Positions 1 through 25,501 are shown, counted from the first letter of the stretch. The stretch: DNA of 64,000 nt from Octopus vulgaris (GCA_951406725.2 OX597814.1:119846001-119910000); one strand, 5' to 3'. Notes: generated by a model not told the origin, from the sequence alone. Translations and numbers: made by a program.

Positions 1-185
1 TCTGCGGCTATGCCGGAGCACCGCCTTTAATGGAGCAAATCGACCCCAGTAATTATTCTTTGTAAGCCTAGTACATATTCTATCAGTCTCTTTTGCCAAG
101 CCGCTAAGTCGCGGGGACGTAAACACACCAGCATCGGTTGTCAAGCGATGTTGAGGGGGAGGGGACAAACACAGACACACAAACA
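1..185 (-). mobile_element. tRNA-derived SINE family A, 3' part (cut by window edge)
   Basis: Matches the body of the full copies at 27393-27805 and 30141-30614 (GGAGCACCGCCTTTA...GGGGACGTAAACACACCAGCATCGGTTGTCAAGCGATG). Confidence 0.8.
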
Positions 186-318
186 TAAGAGACTGATAGA
201 ATAAGTACTGGGCTTACAAGGAATAAGTTCTGGGACCGATTTGCTCGACTAAAAGGCGGTGCTCCAGCATGGCCGCAGTCAAAGGACTGAAACAAGTAAA
301 AGAGTACATAAAAGAGAG
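186..318 (+). mobile_element. SINE family A 3' terminal fragment, opposite orientation
   Basis: GATAGAATAAGTACT...GGCGGTGCTCCAGCATGGCCGCAGTC...GAAACAAGTAAAAGAG tail; approximate reverse complement of 1-90. Confidence 0.8.
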
Positions 319-933
319 TATATAATGAAAGTTTGAACCGTTATCAATTCAGAATTATATGTGGTACCATATTGAAACAAATTTCCGTTGAGACGAATAT
401 AATCATCTTACATATTTAAACTCACGCAATTATTAATGTTTATGCATACAAATACAAAGATTCATCATTACATCATCCCAGAAGCAGTCGCACATTTACT
501 CACAAACACATGCACACGCACACACATATATGCACACACAAATATACCTATATCGTTATTCATATAATAACATACATGTATCTGTATATGCATGTGTGTG
601 TATATGTATGTGTGTATGTGTTGCTGTATCAATATATATGTATAGTTAGTTGTACATGCTATCGTGTTATCAAGTTGCATCATTCGATTATATTAAATAT
701 TGGAAAGTATTCATCCCAAACTAGCATTGTAATTAAATTGTTAATATGAGAAATCACACCATCTATTAGAATTGTCTGACACAACCAAAGAAAGTATAAT
801 AGTAAAAGTGTTCAACTTTACAATACACACAAACACGTGCACACACACACAGAAACACATACACATATATACTTGTATAATTGGTTAGATTTTCGCTTGA
901 ATTTATACGAATATATCTTACGTGTATCTTGTG

Positions 934-1727
<794 letters not shown>

Positions 1728-1887
1728 AGGGAGACGCAGATAAGTAGCTAGAACGTTGCATACACACCTCTATATAATATATATATGTGTATACATGCAT
1801 ATACATACATATAATTATACATGTGTGTGTCTACGTGCACACACATATAATTATATATATGTTTGTGCGTGTGTGTGTATTCAGAGG

Positions 1888-1921
<34 letters not shown>

Positions 1922-2557
1922 GAGAGAGAGAGAGAGAAAAAGGAAGAGTAACATTTAAAGTTCATTTAGAATTGTCATTTATACGAAGAAACCCGATCAC
2001 CATCGTACGAGGCTTCGCGATCATTAGCCTCTGTATTACAATAACCACAATCCAGAATATCGCTATTACACCCATTAATCCCAACATGCACAACAGTAAA
2101 TAAGACGGCAATAACTATAATATTTGAATGGTTTGAATATAGTTGATTTGCCTAGTTAACAAAGCAAACATCAATTGTGAAAATATCGATATTTTTAGTG
2201 GAATATGCGATCTGATAATTCGAAATAGCGAGACTACAAAGGATTAATGACATACATTAAACCCTAGCGAATACATTATATTGCAATATTCGTTCCATAT
2301 GAAAGAAAAAAAAAAACCAAGCTTTTCCCTGCATACCAATGGATGGTTATATGTCACATATATTTAGATAGTAGATGTTGGGGGCAGAAATTGTGTACCA
2401 TGCATTTCATATGAGAGTAAATCAGTGATTTTTTTTTTTGTGTATGTTAATAAGATTTTTTGCAAATTTAGCAAATGTCATTGCATTGTGTTGTTTATTT
2501 TTGGATGATAAAGTTTCTTTCAGTTTATTGCCAGTCTTATACTGTATACTGAGTGCA

Positions 2558-2793
2558 AGGCGGCGAGCTGGCAGAAACGTTAGCACGCTCGACGAAATGC
2601 TTAGCAATATTTCGTCTGTCGCTACGTTCTGAGTTTGAATTCCGCCGAGGTCGACTTTTCCTTTCATTCTTTCGGTGTCGATTAAATAAGTACCCGTTAC
2701 ACACTGGGGTCGATGTAATCGACTTAATCCGTTTGTCTCTCCTTGTTTGTCCTTTCTGTGTTTAGCCCCTTTTGGGCAGTAAAGAAATAGGTC
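2558..2793 (+). mobile_element. tRNA-derived SINE family B, full length, 11-bp TSD
   Basis: GGCGGCGAGCTGGCAGAAACGTTAGC head, B-box-like GAGTTTGAATTCC; TSD TACTGAGTGCA at 2547-2557 and 2794-2804. Confidence 0.9.
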
Positions 2794-3000
2794 TACTGAG
2801 TGCATCATTGCTACGTAATAATACAAGAAATTATATGAACTTTATTAAGATTTCCCATAACAAAAATGTGTGCATATCTATCTATCACCCTACCTACCTA
2901 TTTACCTATCAATTATTCTATCTATTTATTCGGCGCGAATGTTTTTTTTTTTATACGGCACCGTTTTTGCAATCCTGTAAATAATAATATTAATGGTATG

Positions 3001-3315
3001 TTTATATAAGCTTAAAGCTTATGACGATCACCGTGCTATTACTAAGGAAAATAGTCTAATAAAGGGACGTATAAGCCCTCAACAGAAAAAAGAAACCTTT
3101 CCTATCTGCGTGGTAGTCGAATCCACATCCCTTCGCTAACATGACTAAGTGTGTTACCTTTACACACTTAGTCGCGTTAACAAAGGGATGTGGGTCCGAC
3201 TCTCACGTTTATATGAAATCTTTCTTTTTTCTGTAGAGGGCTTATATGCCCTTTATTAGACTATTTTCTTTTGACATGCACGGTAATCACCATAAGCTTT
3301 AAGCTTATATTAAAA
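3001..3315. repeat. Imperfect ~315-bp foldback (inverted pair of a dispersed repeat, MITE-like)
   Basis: ATATAAGCTTAAAGCTTATG...ACTAAGTGTG mirrored by CACACTTAGT...CATAAGCTTTAAGCTTATAT; centre near 3157; related direct copies at 10575-10960. Confidence 0.85.
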
Positions 3316-3367
3316 TAATACGACTATCTATTTATCTGTCTAGCCATCCATCCATCTAGCTAGCTAT

Positions 3368-3868
3368 GGTTCAAATTTACAGAAAACAACGGACGAAGAT
3401 AGGTGAAGGAATAGGAGCACTCCGTCGGTTACGACGATGAGGGTCCCAGCTGATACGATCAACGGAACAGCTTGCTCGTGGAATTAACGTGCAAGTGGCT
3501 GAGCATTCCACAGACACGTGTACCCTTAACATAGTTCTCGAGGAGATTCAGCGTGACACAGAGTGTGATAAGGCTGGCCCTTTGGAATACAGGTACAAAA
3601 GAAACAGGAAGAAAGAGTGAGAGAAAGTTGTGGTGAAAAGTACAGCAGGGTTCACCACAACCACCTGCAGGAGCCTTGTGATGCTTTAGGTTTTTTCGCT
3701 CAATAAACACTCACAATGCCCGGTCTGGGAATCGAAACCGCGATCCTGCGACCGCGAGTCCGCTGCCCTAACCACTGGGCCATTGCGCCTCCACCAGGTG
3801 AAGGAATAACAAGCAGGGGTATTAGGTTAACTCTCGGAAATAATGGAAACGTCTTTGACGTTTCGAGT
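3368..3868 (-). mobile_element. PLE-like terminal repeat remnant interrupted by the SINE
   Basis: Rejoined minus strand reads CTCGAAACGTCAAAGAC...TTTCCGAG...TAATAC...GTTTTCTGTAAATTTGAAC, the same layout as the 3' end of the array module. Confidence 0.5.
3414..3795 (-). mobile_element. tRNA-derived SINE family C, full length, 13-bp TSD
   Basis: Minus-strand head GGTGGAGGCGCAATGGCCCAGTGGTTAGGGCAGCGGACTCGCGG...GGTTTCGATTCCC (A and B boxes); TSD AGGTGAAGGAATA at 3401-3413 and 3796-3808. Confidence 0.9.
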
Positions 3869-5399
3869 CTATCTGTCTGTCTGTCTGTCTATATGAGGAT
3901 ATTTGCATGTGCGTAGATTGTCATTGTATTCTAATAATGCACTCTGATGGAGCATTCCACTGAAATTTGAGTTTTATTTTCCCCTCACTGATTTAAAGGA
4001 ATTAAAGTAATTATCATTCTATAAGGCGCTACTTTAGAAATGTAATCTGAAAACATTTTCTAACGAGTGTGATGATTAGGGTGTCAGATAGAAGTATTTT
4101 GCATTATAAACGATTTTACACACACACACACACACATGCACGCAAACACGTCAGTCGCGGCTACGTAACAGTTTTGAAAAGAGTGGTGGAAGCCATGTTT
4201 AAGCTAAAATTTTTGCAGAAATAAATATTAATAAAATACTATCATAGCCCAATGTATCATTATTAAAATTTGTTCGTAATTATGGTAAGAAAAATTACCC
4301 ATTTGTGTTTCCACCTTCTCCTCTGCTTCATTCTGGAAACTTATCACTATATAGGCTGTTTTGATGTCGGTGCTAAATCGTTCACATCCACCGAAGCGTC
4401 ACTGTATCTGCAGTAACTATTCGCTTTCAAGCCTTGAGTTTCACCTTAATTCTATCCCTATTTTAAATCTGGTCGGATAATATGAATCTTCTTCTATGCC
4501 CCAGCAGCTCCAATCATCCGTCCATTGATCAAAGACACGCTCTAGCTAAGTTCTTTTTTCTCATATATAGCTTTCTTCACCTCGAGATATTTACCGATCA
4601 GCCTCAATTATTTCTAATTTAGATATTCCTCTAAACAGTCATGGTCGTCGAAGATGACGCAATAGAGAAGTTTTGGTTTGCCCTTGTTACACATTTTGGA
4701 TTATTTCTCTTCTCCATAAGGGATGAAAGCGCATTGCCTGCTGGTAAATGTGTTGCACTCATGATCGCAAAATTCGCAGCATGGATTCCTGTGCATTTTT
4801 TCTTGAGTAAAATGAAGTTAGCATTCATATATTGCGCCAATATTCATACACGTAAATGAGTTCCCCTGCGTCGGAGTGGCATCCCATTCAGGTGTATGTT
4901 TCGTTCTGAGACTCTTATAAGATATAGAAAATGGGTAACTACTCCCATGTTTCCTAGTTCTTGACACTGTATTAACAATGCAAGGATCAAACATATCAGC
5001 GACTTGGTCCTTCACCTACCCTCTTCCAAACCATTAACAAATATCTTGCTCTTCTAATCACGGAGCTACATCATATTTGTGTCAACTATTTTGCTGACTA
5101 CCATGTATGGAAGCGAGTGTTTGGATCATTATCTAAACTGACTCTTTCTTTAAACGTTACTAATCCAAGTCCTTTTAGCTAAACAATCGACCACATCAAC
5201 CCATTATCCAAAATGATCCTTCAAATTGTTCTCTGTAGCTTCAAAGTTCCAACCGATTTTACTCGTTTTCTTAGACTGTTGTTTTATAATTTGTAATGTG
5301 AAATAATAAAAACACATATATTTTTAAAACTTAAAATGTCTCCGAAATTATATCTGAAGCCTGGTGACGAAGTACCTCAAAAGGCTTAACTTAAAGCAA

Positions 5400-5575
5400 T
5401 GATTTCTTTCCGTATCTTATTCCACTATATCCATCACTTTCCTCCTTTTTCCTTTTTTCTGATGAAGGACTAGTTTCAGAAACGTCAAGGCGTTTTGTGA
5501 TTCTTTTCAGGTGTATGACTAATAACATCTGTGTTAAAAACTTGTTCCTCCTGTGTTTTTTCTTGATTTTTTTCC
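5400..5575 (+). mobile_element. PLE-like terminal repeat remnant with minimal hammerhead-like motif
   Basis: CTGATGA (5459-5465), short stem, GAAACGTC (5479-5486); TTTT/AAGG could form stem I. Confidence 0.5.
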
Positions 5576-5579
5576 CTAT

Positions 5580-5995
5580 ACATACATACTCTGAAATATT
5601 GAGGAACGTACAACTACTCTATCCAGATTACAAGTTATATAACTGTAATTTATGGAGCACTGGGATACATAACATACTGCCTAAATACAAATATTGAGAA
5701 ATTAGGCTCTCCAAACCACAAAAAAGAAGCTGATATAACACTACAAATCCAAGCCATCACTGGAACTGTAAAAATCTGTAAAACTTTCCGAAACTTGTTC
5801 ATTTAAGTATATACGAACATGTCTAGACATGCAACAATATGCATAAGGACACATACATAAAATGAAACATATGCATAATACAAAAATACCTCGTTGATGT
5901 TATTGAAATCCCAATAAAATGCCCTTGGATCTAGGTCAGAAACCGGCTCTTCCCTTGTTGGCAAAAAATCTTGAAATAAAACTGAAAAATGTCAC
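5580..5995 (+). mobile_element. Decayed 3' end of an RLE-type non-LTR retrotransposon
   Basis: Broken translation YSEILRNVQLLYPDYK...YGALGYIT...LQIQAITGTVKICKTF resembles an RLE C-terminus; 3' UTR CCTTGGATCTAGGT(C/T)AGAAACC shared with 43200-43510. Confidence 0.6.
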
Positions 5996-6021
5996 ACATA
6001 CATACGTGATAAAAAAATAAA

Positions 6022-6270
6022 TGCGCCCTTTTAATGCCTAGCCAGGCTCATGGGCCCGGTTTCCCAGTTTTTATGGCGTATATATTTCCCAGCTGGACGG
6101 GACGCAAGTCCATCGCAGCGTAACTCATTTTTGCCAGCTGAGTGGACTGGAGCAACGTGAAATGAAGTGTTTTGTTCAAGAACACAACGCATCGCCCGGT
6201 CCATGATTCGAAACCACAATCTTACGATCATGGTGCTGACACCCTAACCACTAAACCACGCGCCTCCACA
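6022..6270 (-). mobile_element. tRNA-derived SINE family D
   Basis: Minus-strand head GTGGAGGCGCGTGGTTTAGTGGTTAGGGTG...GGTTTCGAATC followed by GTTGTGTTCTTGAACAAAACACTT core-like segment. Confidence 0.8.
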
Positions 6271-7931
6271 CATACATAAATACCTCTATAAGTACATATA
6301 CATATATATATATATAGAGAGAGAAAGAGAGTGAGTGAGAGAGAGCGGAGGGATATAGAGGACGAACATAGGCATGCCCATAGTACGCACAATCACACAC
6401 ATACAGCTAGATTGTTTTATAGTTAGCTAGGTAGACAGCTCGATCGATACATGGCGGAATGGAGATTTGTGTGTCTATATATGAAAAGGGGAAAGTGGGA
6501 AAATACTTATAGAATGATTATTTTCGTGATGCTCATATTATAGATATGAATTTGCCCTAGGTCCCTAAATATTGATTGATTTTTGAGGAAGGTAAAAATT
6601 TGGGCATTATCTTAAATTCTAGCAAAGTGATTCGTGGCCTCTCTGACCTTCGCGTATAAAACACTTTTCATAATGAAATAGTAAAAACAACACATATTTA
6701 TACACATACGCACACGCACACATATATATAAAGAGAAAGAGAGAGAGAGAAAGAGATAAAGTGACATAGAGAGAAAAGGAAAGAGAAACACGAAATGAGA
6801 GAGAGACAGACAGACATATAGAAAAAGATAGAGAGAGAGAGAGAAGGAAACTTGGCCGATAGGAGCAAAATGGTCTTTGTTATCATGAAAGATGAAGAAT
6901 GAAATATTCTTTTACTATTCTTTACTATTCGTAAAAATAGAAAATCGTCAAAGAAGGGAAAATTGATGGGAAGAAAAGAGGAGGAAAAAGAAGAAATTCG
7001 TTGAAGAATAATGTCAATAAAAAGAAAGATTTAAAATTCCATGAATAATTTAAGATAGCTTTCCGAATACCGAGATAATAATCTATAAGCTTTAATCGTA
7101 CCAAAGCAGGAACATTGATTGCAGTAAGCACAAACATTTTCAATAATGAATTCCTCTCATCTAGAAAATCTGTTTACTTAGACTCATTATTGTTAACAGC
7201 ATTTACTACGTTAGTAGTTACTATGATAACCAAGGGGAGATTATCGATATACAAGTAAATATTTTTTTTATAATTTATGTGCATAGATTATATTTCTAAG
7301 TTGTATATCAGTGTTATATTTACCTGAAATTTTAGTGCAGGTCGGAAGGGTGACAATTATTGTAAAAGAAATCTTTGGTAAATTTGTTTTAAGCGAAGCT
7401 GCGAGATTTACCTATGAATAATTTGAAACGATTAAGTAATGTTGGCAGCTTTTCAAGTATATCTCTAATACCGTTGTAGCAATGCAATTAAATATTAATC
7501 AAGTATTACAGGAAGCGACATGATTGTAAATGAGCTCATCAGTCTTTTCCAGCACTATGTAATTTGCTTAAATGCCTCACCTTACTTGTTTGTAAACTCA
7601 CAAACAGCATTGTGCACGACGTACACACAACAAAGTCATAAGTGTTTATATGTGTTCGGTAAATATATATAGCTTACGCAGGTATGTTCGTTTGCCTGTG
7701 ACGGCGTCTGATTCCGAAAACATATATGACGTGTAACTTTCGAAGTATAAATATTTGCCGCAGTAGAAAATCGAAGGACTCGTGCTCAATTGTTGCATTT
7801 CTTGCCGTGCTTTATTGGCTTTTCAATCCATCATTCATTCCTCATATTTGTAGATCCACTTAATATTTCTGACATTATTTCATGTTGAAGTCAGTGTTGA
7901 CTTGTAAGATTAGCATGTTTGAATTATGCCA

Positions 7932-8164
7932 ATTTCTTTACTAACCACAAGGGGCTAAACACAGATAGGACAAAGAAGGACAGACAAACGGATGAAGTCG
8001 ATTACATCGACCCCCAATGCGTAACTGGTACCTATTTAATCGACCCCGAAATGATGAAAAGCAAAGTCGACCTCGGCGAAATTTGAACTCACAACGTAAC
8101 GGCAGACGAAATACCGCTAAACATTTCGTCCGGTGTGTTAACGTTTCTGCCAGCTCACCGCCTT
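7932..8164 (-). mobile_element. SINE family B, full length, 17-bp TSD
   Basis: Reverse complement of 2558-2793; TSD ATGTTTGAATTATGCCA at 7915-7931 and 8167-8183. Confidence 0.9.
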
Positions 8165-8194
8165 AAATGTTTGAATTATGCCACAAATATGTAT

Positions 8195-8466
8195 GCCACA
8201 TTTCTGCCTGTAACACGGAAGATGAGCTGGTAGCCAAATTCAGTTGTTCGAAGACTTTCCGTGAAACACGGTGAGAATCTCATGTTTTGGAGCCGTCATG
8301 AGGCAGCGGTGGAAAACAAGGTCGGCTATCTGAGGAAACTGTTATGTTCCAGTAATAATCTAGTTGATATACTTTGAGCTTTTAAAATACATTAATTTTT
8401 TGATGAAATATTCTTTTAAATTTTTCTTTTAAGCGAACTGTCAAATTTAGCCCGGAAACACACACT
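8195..8466 (+). mobile_element. Tc1/mariner-superfamily (maT-like) transposon 3' remnant
   Basis: Decayed translation EDELVAKF...FWSRHEAAVE; terminal GTCAAATTTAGCCC is the reverse complement of GGGCTAAATTTGAC near 46255. Confidence 0.55.
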
Positions 8467-10497
8467 ATATATATAATATATGAATGATGGGTGTTTGTGT
8501 GGGTTCACGCGCGTTTTGATCAGGTTTGTTAATAACAGTCTGTGGGCGCACCTGATTTAGCAGAAAGCGCACTTGCCTCAGTTTATTAAGAACAACCTGA
8601 ATCGTTCGTTGAAAGCTACCACAAATAGAAAGGTAACAGCTCAACTTGTCAATTCAAACCTGCTAATCCTACAAGTCAAAACCGACTTCAACAGGAAATA
8701 ATGCCAGAAATATTGACTAGATCTACAAATATAAGAAATGAATGGTGTATTGCAATGCCATGAAAATACGGTAACCAAAGCGACAGCCAAGCACGAGTCT
8801 TTTGAATTTTCTACGGTATGTCTTTTAGTGCTAAAAACCTGTGTATAATCAATTATATTTGCCATCTATTTTCTTGAATTTCATAGCTTTATGAGAGGAT
8901 TTAATATGAAGAAATATTCACTGACGCACGGAGAATATGCTGCCCAGTCTAATGCATATGATCTGATGATGTGTAATGGTGACTGAAATATATTCTATTA
9001 TTGATCACTAAATTTGAAATTTGTTTAACCTCATTATTTAATCACTAAATGTCCTGCAAAAGAAGTATAAGAGAACTAGGAATTTTTTTGTTCTTAGAGT
9101 GCCTGAATAAAACACGTACCAAAATATGTGTCATAAAGCAAGATAAAGACTATGTGACATAAAGCAAGATAAACGAAATGTGCTTAATATCTTGAATCGT
9201 ATACTTTGTCATAGTATGATCTAAACTTATTTCAGTAGTTGTATCCTTTGTAAGTTCTAATGCAAAGAACATTAAGATTAATGGTGATTTACAAATGCCT
9301 AGCTGTTTAGCATAAAGTAAAATGAAAACTCATTAAAGCGGATATCAACAAATGTGAAATTGTCTTCAAAGAGAAGTCTTGCAACAATTAACGCATTGGT
9401 TGCGTCAAGTGCTAAATACGTTTTCTTTCATATTTTAACATCTCTTAAGGTGTTGAGGTAGCATAATCGTCGGGCACAATGCTTAGCGGCATTTGGTCCA
9501 TCTTTACGTTCCAAGTTCAAATTTCGCTGGTATTCACTTTCTAGCATTTCCAGAATTTGAAACTTTGTTAATCGTTAGGTAAGTATATTGTTTTGTGCCT
9601 TGAGAAAACTGATCGGCACAAATATGAGAGTAGGAAGCTTGGAACATTATGTAGGACAAACGAGAATGACCTTAAGATACATCATATCAATAGACAGCGA
9701 GCAAATTCTATTTCCGGCTACAAACCAATAACACTCAACGAAAAAAGAGGTATATAAACTAGCAATAATTAACTGCAGTTTATGTTTGAACATCTAAGAA
9801 TCTAAGCAACTGAGGTTGTTAAAGACGTTTGCTTCCGCTGTTAAATATCAAAGGTTTTTAAATATGTATAATAAGAATGAGTTGATATTAAAATTACCAA
9901 ATATCTATTGATATTGTATCTACCATACTCAGTTTGTTGCTGTAGATTTAATTAATGCACCAGTTCTGTGGACATAAGTTACAGCTTCTTTTTCAATCTC
10001 GATGACTTTGCAGAGCCCCACCTCGCACTGCTCATTCTTATACATATCTTTTCCAAATACGTTTCAATTTATTTATTCATTCCACGAAATGTATCAACAT
10101 TATCACATTAAACACCATTTTTATTGACATTTTGACTTCTTTCTTATGTCAAAAATTTTCTCCTTCGAGTACAGCGATTTAGCTCTCGTAAAATAAGTGA
10201 CATATGTAGTCATGCATGACTTTTTCTCCCTTTCTATCCTCAAAATATACAGTTTTTGACATTAGATTCCATGATTGTACTGGATCATGAAGTCAAACCA
10301 AAGCTATCTTTGTGGTCTAACATTCTGTGTCGTTATCGGTTTCATGTCCATTCCTGTACTCATTCAACGCTGATTGCTACATTTTATATTCTGCGAAACC
10401 CTGTGGCAAAATGGTGCACATGTTATTTTGGAAAATGTAATTATTCTAAATGAACGAAAACTTGAATGTAATTACAATTCATAATTCTTTATAAAAT

Positions 10498-10543
<46 letters not shown>

Positions 10544-10574
10544 ATATGTGTGAATGTATGTATGTATGTATTAA

Positions 10575-10960
10575 TTTTCTGTCGAGAGCTTATATGCCCC
10601 GTTATTACACCATTTTCCTTAACCATTGCACGGTGATCGCTATGAGCTATAATCTTATAAAACACTATTATAATTATTTATAGAATTGTAAAACACGACA
10701 CTGCATAACAAAATCATTTGCAGTCAAAGCACGTGAAAGTTTGTTCGCAAAACCTTGCCAAAACACAGGAATGTGAGTTCGAGTCCCACGCATACGAGGA
10801 ATCTACTTTTTGCTGTTGAGGTCTTATATGTTCCATTATTAGAGAATTTTCTTTAGTATTTGGCGGCGATCGCAATAAGCTTTAAGCTATTAAAATAGTG
10901 TAAGTATTATTTCCAGAATTGGTAAACTCGACAATGCTTAACAAAAGCATTCGCAGTGAA
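10575..10960 (+). repeat. Two diverged tandem copies of the repeat that forms the 3001-3315 foldback
   Basis: Both contain CTTATATG...TTATTA...TTTTC.TTA...G.GATCGC..T.AGCT.TAA; tRNA T-loop-like GAGTTCGAGTCCCACG between them. Confidence 0.65.
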
Positions 10961-11265
10961 AGCACCCCCCCCCATATATATATATATAGGGAGAGAGAGA
11001 GAGTTAGATGTGTATATATACATATACATGCACATACGTATGCGTGTACTTTAATGTTTGAATTTGTACACAGTTATAATAAAAATAATTTTACATTAAC
11101 CTGGTGTGTTACTCATACCCTCCTACAGTACAAATTCATTATTTCTCAGAATCTAATTTATAGTTGATTTCGAGTTTTGACCAGTGAAGCTATGCTAAGC
11201 AGTCAGTAACTTTGACGTCGCTGTCAATTGCATTCGTGTTTAAGAACTATACATACTTACATACA

Positions 11266-11331
<66 letters not shown>

Positions 11332-11401
11332 GTACGTTTAAGTATTTGTTGTGCAAGATTTTTTATGTAACAATATATATATATATTTATATATATATAT
11401 A

Positions 11402-11650
11402 TTGTTATATTTCGGAATGGTCATTTTGCCAGTTTAGCCAATAAAAACACACGCACTATATATTTGGTGTTACTTTGCTTCAGTGTTATTTATTTTTTAC
11501 ATTAATCTTAATCTTATTTCGGCCAGAGTTCTTTCGTCACACTCCTGTGACCGCATCAGTGGTCCTTTGTTTTCTTCTCACTTATTTGTGTCTCTCCTTA
11601 CTGACCGTCAGCCATTTTGTATTTCTATTGTATATCTTCATTTGCGCATA
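11402..11650 (-). mobile_element. ~250-bp non-coding repeat inside a (TA)n tract with hammerhead-like motif
   Basis: Minus strand 11565-11521: GGACCA CTGATGC G GTCAC AGGAGT GTGAC GAAA GAAC TC TGGCC; flanked by TA repeats on both sides. Confidence 0.5.
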
Positions 11651-11660
11651 TATATATATT

Positions 11661-13360
<1,700 letters not shown>

Positions 13361-13399
13361 ATATATATATATATTTGTATATTTGTATATGTATATATT

Positions 13400-13697
<298 letters not shown>

Positions 13698-13699
13698 TA

Positions 13700-16246
<2,547 letters not shown>

Positions 16247-16267
16247 ATATTTGTATATGTATATATT

Positions 16268-16579
<312 letters not shown>

Positions 16580-16581
16580 TA

Positions 16582-18016
<1,435 letters not shown>

Positions 18017-18038
18017 TTTGTATATATATATAAATATT

Positions 18039-19731
<1,693 letters not shown>

Positions 19732-19736
19732 TTTTA

Positions 19737-20832
<1,096 letters not shown>

Positions 20833-20914
20833 ATATATATATATATATATATATTTGTATATATATATATATATATATTAGCACCACCTGTATATATATA
20901 TATTTGTATATATA

Positions 20915-22781
<1,867 letters not shown>

Positions 22782-22783
22782 TA

Positions 22784-23719
<936 letters not shown>

Positions 23720-23731
23720 GTATATATATAC

Positions 23732-23839
<108 letters not shown>

Positions 23840-24040
23840 GTATATATATATTTGTATATATATATATATTTGTATATATATTTGTATATATATATGTTTT
23901 TATATTTGTATATATATATATATTTGTATATATATTTGTATATATATATGTTTTTATATTTGTATATATATATATATTTGTATATATATTTGTATATATA
24001 TATGTATATATATTTGTATATATATATATACATATATATA

Positions 24041-25501
24041 CAGTGAATTACCGTCCGATCTCACTCACCTCTCATATCATCAAGGTATTTGAGAGGGTGG
24101 TGAGATCTCGAATAACCCAATTTCTGGAAAGCAACAGACGGCTGATCTCCAACCAACATGGGTTCCGTAATGGAAGGGACTGCCTAACGCAGCTCCTGCA
24201 TCACTTTGAGGACATTTTGAGAGCTTTGGGAGAGGGCTCCAACACCGATGTCATCTACCTTGATTTCAGTAAGGCCTTCGACAGGGTCGATCACAAGATC
24301 CTATTGAAAAAACTATCCAACATTGGTGTCTCTGGAAAGTTACTGAAATGGATCAAGTGTTTCCTGACAAACAGATCTCAACATGTTGTAGTTGAAGGGG
24401 TAAAATCAAGCCCAGCCAAAGTCAGTAGTGGCGTTCCGCAAGGCACTGTGCTGGGCCCACTTCTTTTCATCATTTACATTAATGACATTAATGACATCAT
24501 CAAGCACAGCAACATAAAAATCTTTGCAGATGACTCCAAGCTACAGAAGGTCATAAATGAGGCGAGTGACCGGACATGCCTTCAGTCAGATCTACTGGCT
24601 GTTATCCAATGGGCAGAAAAAAACAATATGCTGCTGAACGAGGATAAATTTGAGCTAATCCACTTTGGAAAAGAGGATGCCCTGAAACTCCCATACTCCC
24701 TTCCTTCAGGTGAAACTTTCGCGGCGTCCAACAACATCAGAGACCTGGGAGTAATTGTGGACAACAACATAAGCTGGGCCACTCATATAAACACCAAAGT
24801 TGACATGGCCCGCAGAATGTGTTCCTGGATTCTCAGAACTTTCCAGTCGAGAGATATCCACACCATTATCCTTCTCTTCTCCACCTTTGCCCGACCCCAC
24901 CTTGAATACTGTTGTCCACTGTGGTCTCCCCACACAATACAAGGTATCATAAAAGTTGAAGCACCTCAAAGGGCAATCACAAAAAAGATAGATGGCATGA
25001 CAGGCCTCGACTATTGGGGTCGACTAGAAAAGCTAAAACTCTATTCTCTCCAACGTCGTCGTGAGCGCTACATCATCTGCATGATGTGGAAAATATTCCA
25101 TCAGCATTGCCCAAATGATGTTGGCATCACCTTTAAGGTACATCCAAGGCTTGGGCCCCGTGCCATCCGCCCAAAACAAAAATCGCACTCTCATCTCATA
25201 ACAACAATACGGCACAATTATTTCACCTCAATTGGCCCCGCTCTCTTTAACATAACACCAAAACACATTAAAACAGAAAGTGACCCTATAGGGTTCAAGA
25301 AGTCTTTGGACAGATTCCTTCAAAAAATCCCGGATAAACCCCCTACACCCGGATATGTCTCTGTAAACAATAACTCTCTACTTGAGTGGGCCATAGTGCC
25401 CAAATTCTGACTTGAAAGACTTCACCAGGTGGTGCTATTAAGTTAGACATGGCCTGGGCCAATAATGGCCGAAACCTATCAAAGTATCAAAGTATCAAAG
25501 T
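24041..25501 (+). mobile_element. CR1-group LINE, 5'-truncated, open reverse transcriptase domain (L5)
   Basis: [36 protein letters not shown] and FADD motifs with no stop until 25410; (TATCAAAG)3 tail; (TA)n on both sides. Confidence 0.95.

Noticed and set aside
3720-3795. tRNA genes (also at 6200-6270 and 27730-27805)
   Set aside because: These are SINE heads continuing into SINE bodies; no complete cloverleaf.
4330-5270. Possible decayed LTR-retrotransposon gag on minus strand
   Set aside because: Only a vague Cys-rich resemblance amid many stops; needs an HMM search.
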